Shown piece by piece: positions 13,222-25,951 of a stretch of 64,000 bases of DNA (positions are counted from its first letter, which is position 1; each line of letters opens with the position of its first letter). The stretch is from the NCBI GenBank assembly GCA_024137785.1, contig JAHRHZ010000218.1:5213307-5277306 (forward strand). Direction: 5' to 3'. The notes beneath the pieces are model-generated. The model was not told the DNA's origin and ran no database searches. It saw only the letters and a program-made list of their open reading frames with translations. The stretch is from Ginglymostoma cirratum (Eukaryota). The translations under genes and the position numbers were made by a program.

Positions 13222-13441
13222 ACAATATGTGGTTTAGTCTTAATTGCCTCCTGAAATAGCCCTAGCGAGCCACTCAGTTGCATCAAAAACAGTAGAAAGC
13301 CCAGTGAAAAGAATGAACCTGGGCAGTCGACATGGCACTGATATGGGTACCAGAAATTACAACAGCAGTCTCAGCCCTGTCAACATCACTAATAACAGGG
13401 GAGGAAACCTGTGCTAAGATTAGGAAAGATGTCCCACAGAG

Positions 13442-14005
13442 AGATTGAGTCATAGAGTCAAACAGCATAGGAACAGACCCTTTGATCCAACCAGTCCACA
13501 CTGACCATGCTCCCAAACTAAACTAGTCCCACCTGCATGCACTCAGCCCATATCCCTCCAAACTTTTCCTATTCATTGAAATACACAAATGTCTTTCAAA
13601 TGTTGTAACTGTATCTGCATCCACCAGTTCCTTTGACAGTTCATTCCACACATGAACCACTCATTGTGTAAAAAGGTTGCCCTTCAAGTCCTTTTTAAAA
13701 CTTTCTCCTTTCATCTTAAAAATATGCCCCCAAGTTTTGAATTCCCCTACCAAGAAAGAACCCTTATTATTCACCTTACCCATGCCCCTTATGATTTTAT
13801 AAACATCAATAAGGTCACCCCTCAACCTGCTCTGCTCCAGTGAAAACAGTCCCAGTCTTTTCAGTCTATTTTTATATCTCAAGTCCTCCTGGCATTCCTG
13901 GTAACATCATGGTAAATCTATTCTGAACCCTCTCCAGTTTAATAATACATTTCATGTAACAGGGCAACCAGAACTGCACGCAGTACTCCAGAAGAGGCCT
14001 CACCA
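13442..14005 (-). mobile_element. CR1 LINE 3' end
   Basis: ORF 13661-13882 RLGLFSLEQSRLRGDLIDVYKII; same family as 2714-3290. Confidence 0.88.
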
Positions 14006-15429
14006 GCAATAAGGTGGTCTTGTGTTCCAGAATTAACCATGCCCTTAGTCAAGGTGTTCCAGTCCAGCTGCAACACTGGCATCTACACGACAAGCTGGAA
14101 AATTGTCCAGGCATGTCCTGTCCACAAAACAGTCAGGAAAAATAAAATTGGCCCACTTATCACCCTATCAGCCTACTCTCCATCAAAAGTGAAGTGATGG
14201 ATAGGGTCATCAACAATGCTATTAAACAACACTTGCAAAGGGATAATCTGCTCACTGATGATCAGGTTGTGTCCTGCCAAGCCATACAGCCCCTGACCTC
14301 ATTACAGCCTTTGTCCAAAATGTACAAAAAAGATAAACTTGAGAGATGAGGTGAGAGTCACTGCCCTTGATATCAATACCACATTTGACCGAGTGAGGCA
14401 TCAAGGAGCCACAACAAAACTATAGTCAAGGGGAATCAACGGAAACCACTCTTCAGGTTAGAATCATACCTGGCGCAGAGGTTGTGGTTGTTGGAGGTCA
14501 ATCATCCTAGTCCAATGATATTACTGCAGGGGGCCCTCAGGGTAGTGTCCTTCCCTCTATCATGAGGTCAGATGTGGGAATGTCCAATAGATCACTGCAC
14601 AATGTCCAGCAACATTAATGACTGCTTAGATTCCAAAGCAGCCCATACCTATATGTAGTTAAACCTAGACAACATGCCGGCTTGGTTTAATAAACGGCAA
14701 GTAACATTTGAACCATATAAGTGCTAGACAATCACAATCTCTGTTAAAAGAGAATCTAACCAATCGATCACACTACCATGACTGGATCCCACACAACCAA
14801 TATCCTGGGGGTTACTTGACCAGAAACTGAATTGAACCAGCCATGTAAATACCATGACAACAAGAAAAGTTTTGAGGCCAGGAATTTGACAGCAAGTATC
14901 TCATCTTAGGTCTCCCCAGTGCCTGTCCGCCATCTACAAAGAACAAGTCAGGACTATGATGGACTGTTCTCCACTTGCCTGCATGACAGTAGCTCAAACA
15001 ACACTCAACAAATAAGACAAATAGCCAGCATGGTTGGAACCTCTTTGAGCACTTTCAAAATCGATCCCTTTGCCAGCAGCACGCAGTAGCAGTGGTGTGT
15101 ACAATTTTCAAGATGCACTGCAGCATTTCTCCAAGGCTCCTCAGACAGCCCCTTCCAAATCCACAACCTCTATCACCTAGAATGTCAACGCCAGCAGATA
15201 CGTGGAATCACCATCGCCTGCCAGTTCCCCTCCAAGCCACATACCATCCTGACTTGGAAACAGTTCCTTCCCTGTCACTGGATCAAAATCCTGGAACACC
15301 ATTGCTGAATAGCAGTGTAGGGGACCCTACACACCATGGACCACCATGGTTCAAGAAGGCAGTTCACCACCTTCTCCAGGGCAATTAAGAATGGGCAATA
15401 ATTGCATACCCCATGAATAAATAAATAGT

Positions 15430-16600
15430 GCAAGCAAATATTTTTTCAGCTGCAAGTGTCATTTAGGGCCTTGAACTGTGAAGAGAAAAATTAAAGACCA
15501 GGTGAATTGCCACCTATGCTTGCATGGAAAGGTGCCTGGGGAAGGAGAGGGAGGTGATTGAGGAATGGAGCATGGTATCTCAGAGGGAATAGTCCCTTTG
15601 GAATGCTGCAAAGGGAGGCAAGAGGAAAGATGTGCTGGATGGAGACTTCCCTTGATTATGGAGACTGATGGTGTTGAGGGTGAGAACAAGGTGAAACTTA
15701 TTGTGGTTCTGGGAGAAAGAGGAAGACATGAGAGGAGAAGTGCAGGAATGATATGGACATGGCTGAGGATCTAATCAACTACGTTTAGGGGGTTTCCTCA
15801 GTTCAGGTAACAGGACTACAAATGAGAGACACTTTCTGAAACTAAGAGAATGGAATAGAACCTTGACAGGAAGCAGAGTATTAGCAGCCAAGGAAGTTGG
15901 TAGACTTACAATGAATATTTGTTGGTAGGCTTTCCCCAAGAGTGGATACACAGGAATTGAGAGAGAGGAATTGTACCAAGTGAAGAGTGTAAATTGGAAG
16001 CAAATTTGATGCAATTTCCAGTTCAGATCAGGTACAATCAGGAAATAGCACCAACACATCAATGTCTCAGAAAAAAAGCAGTGAGGAGTAGCCAACTATG
16101 GCTGAAAGAAGGAAGATTCCATGTATTGCACAAAAAAGGTAGGCATATGCAGGAGCTATGTGGGCAACTGTAACAACACCATTTATTTGGAGGGAGGGAG
16201 TGGAGTCAAACGAAAAGTTGTTCAATGTAAGGAAGAGTTCAGCCAGACTAAGGAGGGTGCTGGTGTTCGAGATTGGTTGAAGATTTATTCAAGGTGTGCA
16301 GAGACCCAGACTGTCCTGCTGCAGATTGGAAGTACAGAGGGATTGAATGTCCATGGTTAGGGCCAGGAAATTGGAAAGTATTAAAATAACAGAAGCTATT
16401 GCAAGAGTCCTAGATTTAGTGAGAAGAGACCAGACAAATGAGAAAGAAATTAAAGCCGAGACAAGAGTTTATCAGTTCATTTGGCAGGGACATGCGAAGC
16501 AATATGTTCACTAGGCAGTCTGATTTGAAGATTTTGGGAAGGAGTTAGAAACAGGGGTGTGAGAATATGAAGTTGGAAGCCACAGAGGATAGATTTCCAT
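15430..16600 (-). mobile_element. Old Penelope-like remnant
   Basis: Minus ORF 15459-15689 ends SPGTFPCKH...FTVQGPK, the pre-GIY-YIG linker also seen at 11435-11989. Confidence 0.55.
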
Positions 16601-17197
16601 AAGAGATGAAGTCAGTGACAGACATAGAGGCATCACTCTCTGAGCTCCCAATTCACTGGCATCTAGCTGGATTGATAAAATACTGCTTTCAAGAGGTCCC
16701 ATATTTATTTGTTTAATCCTAACCAGAGAAGCTTCCACTTCTCTTCCTGCTCCTGCGATGTTCCCCAAGTATCTATTCTTAGTCACCTCCTATTTCTCAT
16801 CTACATCTACCACTTTCGGTGCTATCATGTGCAAATGCAGTCATGGGGGGAGCAGAGGGGTGTTGATAGCTTATTCCTGTGTAGATCTCTGGTCTTGCTT
16901 GCCATGAGCTTAGACTGTCAAGTCTTCCTGGATCTCTCTTTTATGCCCCAGTGATCTCTGCAAGCCGACTTCTCACTTGCTCCACAGCCTCCCAATTGCC
17001 CAAGTGTTTGAAGTCCAACTGGTCAGGGAGTTCTACTCACTGGATTGCAACTTAATGCTGATGTGTGAGAACCATTTCGTAGCCTCATCCCCTTTTATGT
17101 CGCTTTATAATTGTCACCCATGCCTGTAACTGGCTCCCTGGTCCTTCCTTCTCAAAAACTGCTTGAGAACTTTTGTGTTTCCTTGCCTTTCATGGTT

Positions 17198-17507
17198 TCA
17201 CAGAATCCCTACAGTGTGGAAACAGACCCTTCGGCCCAACAAGTCCACACCGAACCTCAGAGCATCCCGCCCAGACACATCCCCCTAATCTACACCTCCA
17301 TGAGCACTACAGGCAATTTAGCATGGCCAGCCAACCTAACCTGCACATCTTTGGACTGTGGGGGAAACCGGAGCACCCGGAGGAAACCCACACAGACACG
17401 GGGAGAATGTGCAAACTCCACACAGACAGTCGCCCGAGGCTGGAATCGAGCCCGGGTCTCTGGTGCTGTGAGGTAGCAGTGTTAACCACTGTGCCACCAT
17501 GCCGCCC
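17198..17507 (-). mobile_element. HE1-type V-SINE (young copy)
   Basis: GGGCGGCATGGTGGCACAGTGGTTAACAC head, B-box GGCTCGATTCC, V-domain; CpGs largely retained. Confidence 0.92.
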
Positions 17508-17527
17508 TTCCGTGGATTTTTCCAAAT

Positions 17528-17878
17528 TTCATAGAATTCCTGCAGTGGAGAAAGAGGCCACTGGCCCATCGAGTCCTGCATCAACTCTCTGAAGAGCATC
17601 CCACTCAGACCCAGTCCCCCAAACCTATCCCTGTAACCCCGCGTTTACCATGGCTTATCCATCTAACCTGCACATCCCTAGACATTATTGGGCAATTTAG
17701 CTTGGCCAATCCACCTAACCTGTACATCTTTGGACTGTGGGAGGAAACTGGAGCACCCAGAGGAAACCCATGCAAACACAGTGAGAATATGCAAACTCCA
17801 CACAGACAGCAATCCAAGGTGGAATTGAACCTGTTGTTTTGAGGCAACAGTGCAAACCACTGAGCCACCAGGCTGCTC
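17528..17878 (-). mobile_element. HE1-type V-SINE (adjacent second copy)
   Basis: Same organisation, more diverged. Confidence 0.88.
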
Positions 17879-18249
17879 TTACATTGTACATTATTGTACA
17901 TTATTTGAATAAAATTTGTTCGTTAGTCCTGGGGTCCCATTGATAAAGGAGCTTTCCTTGAGGATTGGGATATATGCTTTTATCAAGCTCAGTAACAGGA
18001 CTTGCTGTCCAGATTTTGACATTTGTACTTGTACCTGAAGCTTGTATACCATACCTATTTATGGTGGATGAGCTGTTAGGCACGTCTGTCCCTGAAGTAC
18101 TCAGCCCAATGCTCTTTGATAACTCCCCTGTCCAATACATTCCCCTAATTCCCATGTTGAGAACAGGTAAGCCACTGCAAGAGAGAGGGGAAAAAAAAGA
18201 GAGAGAGAGAGACAGTCTGCAGTGCCTTATGAGTAGGTTGTGATGGTCA

Positions 18250-19700
18250 GCGCAGCTGCCTGTCTCCCTTGGTCTACATGTGTCTTGCTTCATGTGCAGC
18301 TTCTGTTGCAGATTCCTTTTGCTCTCTGGGGAGTGATTTCTTAGCAGTATCTTTGCTCCCAGCCAGGCTCATTCTTTTCCTGTAGCAGTTCTTTAATTCG
18401 ATCTCATTTTCACTAAACCAATCTCAGTAATTTATATTCTATGTTCTCAGGACTTCATTACCAGCTTCTGGCATTGTGGATTAGAGAGCTGACTATGCCA
18501 CTTCAACATCAATACTTGGGTTTTCTTCTGCCCCAGCAGTTCCTCATGTCCGAACCTGAATCGATCCCAGCACTGTGCAGATACCAGTTTCAGCACATTT
18601 AAATTTTTAGGATCAAGAGCACATTGTTCTTCATCTTAGTGCAATAGTAAATGTCATTGTGGCATAGAGATCCATGGGGATCATGTGTGGTCTGCAGACC
18701 CCTCCACTCTTCTCATAATGCTGATGATCATAACATCGTTTACATGCTCTGCTGGGTAAAAATTAAGGCAATTTAATGTCTCTGCTTAGACCTTGGGAGA
18801 ATTCAAATGTTTTTATACTTTGCTTTTGGTTTGAAAACTGTGTTTGTGATTGACATTATTCCAGCGGGTGCAAAGACTGAGGACAAGCACTACATCACTA
18901 TTGCATTTCCCCACACCTTGATACCCCAGAGCACTGTCCCAGGCCTGAGAGTCAGCTCCTACCCTGGCATTAGAGTGTCCCATCACATGAGTTTGTCCTC
19001 CAAGTTGCGATAGTTCTGTCCAGGTCGTCATAGAGTTGGTCTTTGATATCCCTAGTTCTAGTTTTTGTTGGAACATTTTCACTAATTGTTGTTGCGTACT
19101 TGTTCATTGAGGTAGAGGAATATCCCAACTTTTTGTAGAATCAACTTGGTAGCAAAGCCAATGCCAGCTTCTCAGTCCTTTGGCTTGCCAATCCGGAGAA
19201 TGTGCAGCCACTGACAACTTGGTTAGTGAGCCCTCCTCTGTTAGGTTTCAGGTTTCACATGAAGCAGCAATGTCAATAGTGTGTTGCAATATCTCCTGTT
19301 AGTCACAGTACTTTAATGCTGGGCTCAGGAGTTCTTTACCAAAAGATTTTGCACATTTCAAGATGTCACGTGGAGTTCCCTCTTCATGTTTTGTCTTATC
19401 CACAATATTCTCTGGTGCGTGGGTGAATGCTAAAGGAGTACCTTTCAGGGGAGAAAGGAAATGTGTGTGAAAGGCCTGGTAAGGTGTGCACACAAGAACT
19501 ATCTTAATAGTGAGATGATTGCAGTGGAAATGGATTGAACTTGACAAACCCCACTCTCGCAGTCTTGCACATCTGTTCCCAATAGCTTGACAAGTCAAAC
19601 CAACTGGAAATGTGGTTGACCACAGTGAGTGATTTGCAACACCTTTCTGAGCCCATGTCAATGAAGCTTACAGCTGTCCAGACAGCTGTGCTGCGATGCT
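18250..19700 (-). mobile_element. RTE-clade LINE remnant (endonuclease region)
   Basis: ORF 18813-19082 GHSNARVGADSQAW...GVGKCNS....LSLC matches RTE APE GDFNARVG..GVGK.N; IDIAA..ET motif near 19255-19295. Confidence 0.7.
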
Positions 19701-19934
19701 TTCAGTACCAGTCGGGGAATACCATTTCCTTCTTACATCCGTCAAGGCAAATTTATTTGTGCACTTGAGAAAGAGTAGTTCGAGGTAAGCATTCTCCCTC
19801 AGATGTGCTACCCTCATCTGTCTTGGTCTGTGACCACATGAACATGCAATTTAGGAGCAGCTGCAGATCATTTGGCCTCTCAAACTTACTCTGCCATTTA
19901 ATATGATCATGGCTGACCTGATTGTAAATTCAAC

Positions 19935-21830
19935 TCCTGATTTGTGCCTTGTAGATGGTGGACAGGCTTTGCAGAGTCAGGAGATGACTCACTCTGTACA
20001 GTATTCCTCACCTCTCATCTGCCCTTGCGTTTATGTGGGGAGACCAGTTGAATTTCTGATGAATGGTAACCCCCAGGATGTTATTAGTAGGGGATCCAGT
20101 CATGGTAATGACACTGAATGTCAAGAAACAGTGATTAGATTGTTTCTTATTAGAGATGGTCATTGCCTGGCATTTGCATGATTACTAATCTTCAGCCCAA
20201 GCTTAGATATTGTCAAGATTTTGCTGCATTTACATATGGACTGCTTCAATATCTGAAGTTGTGAATGTCCTGAACATTGTGTAATTATCAGCAAACAGCC
20301 TTGCTTCTGACTTTATAATGGTGGGGGGTGGGGGGGGGGAAGGTCATTGATGAAGCAGCTGAAGATGGTTGGTTGGGCATAGGACACTACCCTGAGGAAG
20401 TCCTGCAGAGATGTCCTGGAGCTGAGATGACTGGACTCCAACAACCACAACCATCTTTCTATGTGCCAGGTACGACTCCGACCAACAGAGAGTTTTCCAC
20501 TGATTCCAATTGATTCTAGTTTTGCCAGGGCTCCTTGATGTCACAGATGGTTAAATGCGGCCTTGATGTCAAGGGCTGTCACTTTCATATCACATCTGGA
20601 ATTCAGCTCTTTTCATTTGAACTCAGGCTGTAATGAGGTCAAGAGAAGAGTGGCCCTTGTGGAACTCAAACTGGGTGTCAAGGACTATGTCACTGTTACC
20701 AATACTACCTTGAACAGATGCATTTGTGGCAGGTAGATTGGTGAGGATGAGGTCAAATATGTTTTTCTCTCTTGTTGGTTCCCTCACTACCTGCCACAAC
20801 ACAGTCCAGCAGCTATGTCTCTTAAGACTCAACTAGCTTTATTAGTAGTGCTGCTGCCAAGCCACTCCTGGTGATAGACATTGAAATCTCCCACCCAGAG
20901 CGGATTTTGCATCCTTGCTATCCTCCATGCTTGCTCCAAGAAGTGAACTTCAGGAATACAGAGGAGCACAGATTCATCAGCTGTGGGGAGAGACTTATCT
21001 ACTAGTCAGCAGGAAGTTTCCTTGCCCTATTTGACTTGATAGAAACATAGGAACAGGAGTAGGCCATTCAGCCCCTTGAGCCTGTTCTGCCATTCAATGA
21101 GATCATGGCTGATCTATGGCCTATCTCCACATACCGGCTTTTAGCCCATATCTATACCTTTGCTTAACAAAAATTTATCTATCTCTGTTTGAAAATTAAC
21201 AACTGATCTGATGCCATGAGACTTCATGGGATCTGGAGTCAATGCTAAGCCCTCTCAGGGTAACTCCCTCCCAACTGTATACCACTGTGCCACCACTTCT
21301 TCTGGGTCTGGTCTGCCAATAGGACAGGACATATCTAGGGATGGTGATGGTGATGTCTAGGCTATTGCCTGTAAGGTCTGATTCCATGAGTATGACTATG
21401 TCAGGCTGTTGCTTGACTAGTCTGTGAGACAGCTCTCCCAATTTTGGCACTAGTCCCCAGATGGTAGTAATGAGCATTTTGCAGGGTTGACTGGGCTGTG
21501 TTTACTGTTATTGTTTCTGGCACATTAGTTGTGTGTGAGCCAAACTGAGTGGCTTGTTAGGCCATTTCAAAGGGCAATTAAGAGTCAAACACAGTGCTAT
21601 GAGTCTGGAGTCACATACAGGCCAGATTTCCTTCCCTTGAGGGCATTGGTGATACAGATAGGTTTTTACAACAATTGATAAAGTCTAATGATGACTGTGA
21701 AACCATTAATTTAACCTTATACTGAATTCAAATTCCGTGATCCGACATGGTGGGATTCCACCGAGTGCCCAGAACATGAGTTTGGTCTGTGGATTGAAAG
21801 TCTATTGATAATATCTCTAGGCCATTGTCT
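19935..21830 (-). mobile_element. tRNA-headed CR1-group LINE, rearranged copy (CR1 tail inserted at about 21040-21210)
   Basis: IWGLVPKLGELSHRLVKQQPDIVILMES, QVVREPTREKNIFDLILTN and AGLPQGSVL; head at 21540-21830. Confidence 0.8.
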
Positions 21831-22159
21831 TCTCATGCTCATGTTCACTCCCAAATAAAATGGTTTTGTTAGAAGGTATCTGCCACCTAACTTTACATTG
21901 ATCATTTTCCTGCTCCTCATGTAAGATTGGTCATAAATGACCAGAACTGAAGGAGGGCACTTATTTTATTCCTTTCAAGCTGCTGCCTGGACAATTTATC
22001 TCTAGAGCATTAGGGAAGTAGGAGACCGAGATTGAAACAGAAATAAAATGAGCTCCCATAAACTCAAAATTAGTGCCATATTAATTTCCTTCTGTCTTCT
22101 TCCTTATTCATTGACTCACTGACATAAATTCAATAGCAAAAATACCACAAATACAATAA

Positions 22160-22720
22160 TTGAATTGAATTAGCTTTATTTTCACATGTACTCAAATCAG
22201 TACAATGAAAAAATTTACAAGTCACCACTTATGGCGCCATCTTAGGTGCAAGGCACCTAGGTACAGAATCTTCAGTACAACTTCTTAGGAGAAAAATTAG
22301 AAAAATAAAGAAATGAGAAGTCCAGCATTGCAGATCGTAGGAATAAATTAGAAAATAGAGAAATAAAAATTTCGGAATAACAATCCTTCCAACCCAGTCC
22401 ATGCTGGCATCTAGCCTCCAGTAACCCATCCCCCAGCCTTGATTCCAGACTGCACCAGGCTTCACCTTGAGACTGTTGAGACTGAGAGGCCACTCTGGAA
22501 TTACCTTGAGGCCAGAAACCCACACTGAGGCCACACTGGACTGAAAAACTGTCATGTGCCACTGAAATACCACCACACCAAGCCAAAGCACTGCCATGCC
22601 AGGCCAGGAGACGGCCACATCAGGCTGGGAAACAGGCATGCCAGGCCAGGAGGATTCCTGGCCAGGTCCACACTGAGGTCAAGAGTCCGAGGCTGAGAAG
22701 AAAGAAGAGAGAAGAAAAAA
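22160..22720 (-). mobile_element. Non-autonomous retroelement with AATAAA + (AATTC)n tail
   Basis: Minus strand ends ...GAAAATAAAGCTAATTCAATTCAATT; GC-rich repetitive body; similar layout to 28245-28625 (+). Confidence 0.45.
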
Positions 22721-22796
22721 TGTTTGGAAATCACTAAGCTCTTCATACATATGTTTAGCCATAAGTCACCATGCCCAAAGAGGTAATAACAGACTA

Positions 22797-23118
22797 TTAA
22801 AAAAGAAAGAATTGCATTTATACAGCACTTTTCATGACCACTGGACATTTTCAAACACTTTACAGAGAATGAAGTACGTTTTGAAGTCTTTTGCAGTCAT
22901 TTTTGTAATGCAGGAAATTAAACAGCTAAATTGAATGCAGCAAACTCTGAAAAACAGCAGTGTACAAAAGTACAATACTCGTCATCCAGGCAAGCTCCCG
23001 ATGGGATCTCAATTTAAAGTTTTATCCAAAAGTCAGCATCTCTAACAGACTCTCAGTGATGCACTGGGCGGTCACGCTGAATTTTCATGTTGAGGCCCAA
23101 AGAGGGACTTGAGCCTAG
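22797..23118 (-). mobile_element. DeuSINE-like (SacSINE1/AmnSINE1-related) SINE
   Basis: Decayed Deu-domain (ctcaatttaaagttttatccaaaagtcagcatctctaacag) and tail GCTGTATAAATGCAATTCTTTCTTT. Confidence 0.6.
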
Positions 23119-23680
23119 AGTCAAAGAGGTCTACAGGCAGAAAAAGGCCACTCAGCCCATCAAGTCTGCAGTGATCAAAAACGACCACCTAATTATTCTT
23201 CTCCCATTTTCCAGCATTTGGCCCATAGCCTTGTGTGTCTTGGCATCGCAAGTTCACATCTAAACACTTCCTAAAAGTTATGAGAATTTCTGCTTCAGCG
23301 AGGTTGTAAGTTCCAGATTTCCATCACTCTCTGTGAATTCTTTTTCCCTTAAATCCCCTTTAAACCTTCAGCCTCTTACATTAAATCTACGCTCCCTGAT
23401 CATTGACTCTCCACCAGGGGTAAAAGATTCTTCCTGTCTAGCCTGTCTATACCCTTCATAATTTTATACATCTCAATCATGTCTCCCTCAGTTTCCTCTG
23501 CTCCAACGAAAACATCCTCAGTCTGTCCAATCTTCATAACTAAAGCTCTCCAGCCCAGGCAATGCACTGGTAAATCTCCTCTGCACCTTCTCCAGTACAA
23601 TCACATTCCTGTTATAATATGGATTTCAGAACTTCATACAATACTGTAGTTGTGGCCTATCCAACATTTTATATAGTTCC
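23118..23680 (-). mobile_element. CR1 LINE 3' end
   Basis: GDMIEMYKIMKGIDRLDRK.L.PLVE in ORF 23400-23600. Confidence 0.8.
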
Positions 23681-23899
23681 AACCTAGGACCCTGAAGGTA
23701 AGAGATGAGTGTAACTAACAGCTGAATTGCTGAAGAGATACTGTTAGGCTGGAAAACTCTCTTCTCTTCATGGATGGTACCACAAGAACAATAAATTTTT
23801 CACTTGAGACATATCTGGTACTTCCTCTGCTAGTCTGATGCTGCTAGTTAGTCTCAACATAGGCTCTGGATAAAACACACATCTTCCCTGTTAACGTCA

Positions 23900-24720
23900 C
23901 ATGTCAGCAACATGTCTTATAACTTTTAATGATAAACAAGGTCAAATGCTTTTTCATGACCAATGAAGCATATGTAAATGCTCTTGCCTACTTCTGGATA
24001 GTTGTTGAAGATTGCTCTGAGAATAAATACTCTCCTTACTTTTACTCTAGGTCTAAATCTAGGCTGTGTTTTACTATTTTCTGCAGCAAATGCCTTATTA
24101 TTATTCATATTTCTCTCTATTATCTTTTTCAAGCTCACTTCAATTAGATGGCTGATGAAGCTTTTGGTTCTAAATTCCATTGATTCAGGTTTCTTAAATA
24201 ATTAACAAATAATGAATGTGTCGAGGTCACCTGAAATAAATCTTTTGGTATATATTTAATCACAAATTTCTGTTCTCATTTCTAATTCTTGGTTCTCAAA
24301 GTGCTTTTAGACATTCTGTTCTTATTTCATCCATTCAGCCTTGAGTTTTTTTTAATCTGTGCTCATCAGTTTCAAAGCATTATTTACCTTTAATAACATA
24401 ATATTTGGTCCTTAATTCTCACCAATTATTTGGAGGACTCCCTCAATTTGGATCATTGCACAATTCACTGAGTACGATGAAATATAAAAGGAAATAAAGA
24501 CTATAAATAGACATTCTAAAGAGAAATAGTATAATGAGATGTCTGATAAAATGGTGGAGTTGGAAAGATATCACATAATTGAAGCTATGTACCAGAAGTT
24601 GAAATCATTGGCAAGTAGAAGAAAATAGCTAACAACAGATAACAGGTACATAGAAGAGAAAAATGGCAAACCTTAGTTGAAAAAATGCAGGAGCACAGCA
24701 ATTGACAGAATGTATCGCCA
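23900..24720 (-). mobile_element. Old RTE-type RT remnant (24470-24720 apparently inverted)
   Basis: ORF 23926-24180 QPRFRP.....FILRAI....EVGKSIYICFIGHEKAFDLVYH resembles RTE Q.GFR...Y.CFIDYEKAFD.V.H. Confidence 0.6.
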
Positions 24721-25029
24721 TTTATAACTTATTTATTTAGTAAATTACAAATCCCCAGAGGCAAACAATGACCACCTCATTTGCAGAGCTTAGGTGATTA
24801 GTCCCCATTTAAATCACGGATAGGGACACTTCTTGGTAACGTGCAGCACTGTTTGAGTCTCTTCACAAGTACATAAAGGGCTTCTATGGATTGCCCCATG
24901 GTGGGAGTTGCTGTACAGAGGCCCTCATTCATCCTCAATTTGTTTAGCAAGGACCACTTTCACTGCAGTAATTGAAAAATTAAGACTCAGTGCAAATTGT
25001 TTGGGGCTGCACTGATCACATTCTGAAGA

Positions 25030-25365
25030 AAGCAAGAAGGAAAAGGCTTTCATTAATACAGCACCTTTAATGACTTCTGAGTTGTCCAAAGCACGTTGCA
25101 GCCAATTAAGCACTTTTGGAACTGTAGTCACTGGAATAATGTAGGAAACACAGCAGCAATTTGTACATGCACAAGAAAGGCAGAAGGGAGCTCAGTTTAA
25201 CATCTATCTGAAGGATTGCACCTCTCACAGCACAGCAGAACACCTCTCTGGCTCTGCACTGGAACAGTAATTGGGTTACCTGCTCAAGTCTTTAAAATGA
25301 CTCTTGAACTAAGGAACTTCTCATCACAGAGGCCTGAGTGCTAGCCATTGCACCACTGCTGATAG
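25030..25365 (-). mobile_element. DeuSINE-like SINE about 0.6 kb upstream of the JCHAIN ATG
   Basis: ctcagtttaacatctatctgaaggattgcacctctcacagcacagca...ctgcactgg Deu-domain; homologous to 22797-23118. Confidence 0.6.
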
Positions 25366-25789
25366 CTTATTGGCAGTTTTCCCATTCTCCACAGTCTCTA
25401 CCTCACAGTTTCGAACTAATCCCTTATTAATAGGCTGCCTCCAGTTTCACGTACTTTCATGTTTGCCTGTAGTCCTTTATGTAGATTCTCAATGAATACC
25501 TTGTAGGAGTCAATGGAGTTTCTTTATCAACCCTGTTAGTAACCTTCTCAAAACCAAGTTTATCTTTCTGATTAGTTCATATTTTGATGGTTAGAATTGA
25601 GAAGCAGAGAAGTTATATTAAGCTGGTTTAGGTCTCACCTAAATGAATACTGTACATTTCTAGTCTCCATATTATAAAGTAGATATGAGGAATGAAGGTA
25701 CAAAATAGACTTGAGAGGATAATTGTAGATTTTGTTTTTAAAATGTCCACAATCAAAAACAGGATAGCTGGCATCTTGTTTCTACAATG

Positions 25790-25951
25790 AAGCTACTTCT
25801 TAAAATGGAACAGAAACTAGCTTGGAGTTATTAAAAGAAACAAACTCATATGACAGGCAAAACAGTATGCTGTTTCATTTTGCTTGAGCTACCGTTGAAG
25901 CCAATTGAGCAGCTGCCACAGTAAAGGAAGATCATTGCAGTAGACAGTCCC
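25790..25951 (+). promoter_or_regulatory. Putative JCHAIN proximal promoter/5'UTR
   Basis: Non-repetitive DNA upstream of the ATG with GGAACAGAAA (ETS-IRF composite, 25807-25816), MEF2-like TTATTAAAAG (25828-25837), TCATATGA E-box (25846-25853), CCAAT (25901-25905) and CAGCTG (25910-25915). Motif-level evidence only. Confidence 0.5.

Larger units (their letters stand above)
10773..15425 (+). mobile_element. tRNA-headed CR1-group LINE, split by Penelope and CR1 insertions
   Basis: Head 10773-10982 resumes at 13235; RT remnants 14010-15100 (WKI....PVHK, Y.PISLLS); tail GGGCAATTAAGAATGGGCAATAA at about 15380-15425. Confidence 0.7.

Noticed and set aside
17430-17507. tRNA genes at A/B-box-containing sequences (also about 1610, 9460-9536, 54440-54518, 55990)
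   Set aside because: These are SINE heads continuing into SINE bodies; no complete cloverleaf.
17965-18165. Hydrophobic ORF ending at a CAG|GTAAGC donor as an alternative first exon
   Set aside because: Non-ATG start in the track, no typical signal peptide, lies between repeats; the exon at 25952 fits JCHAIN much better.
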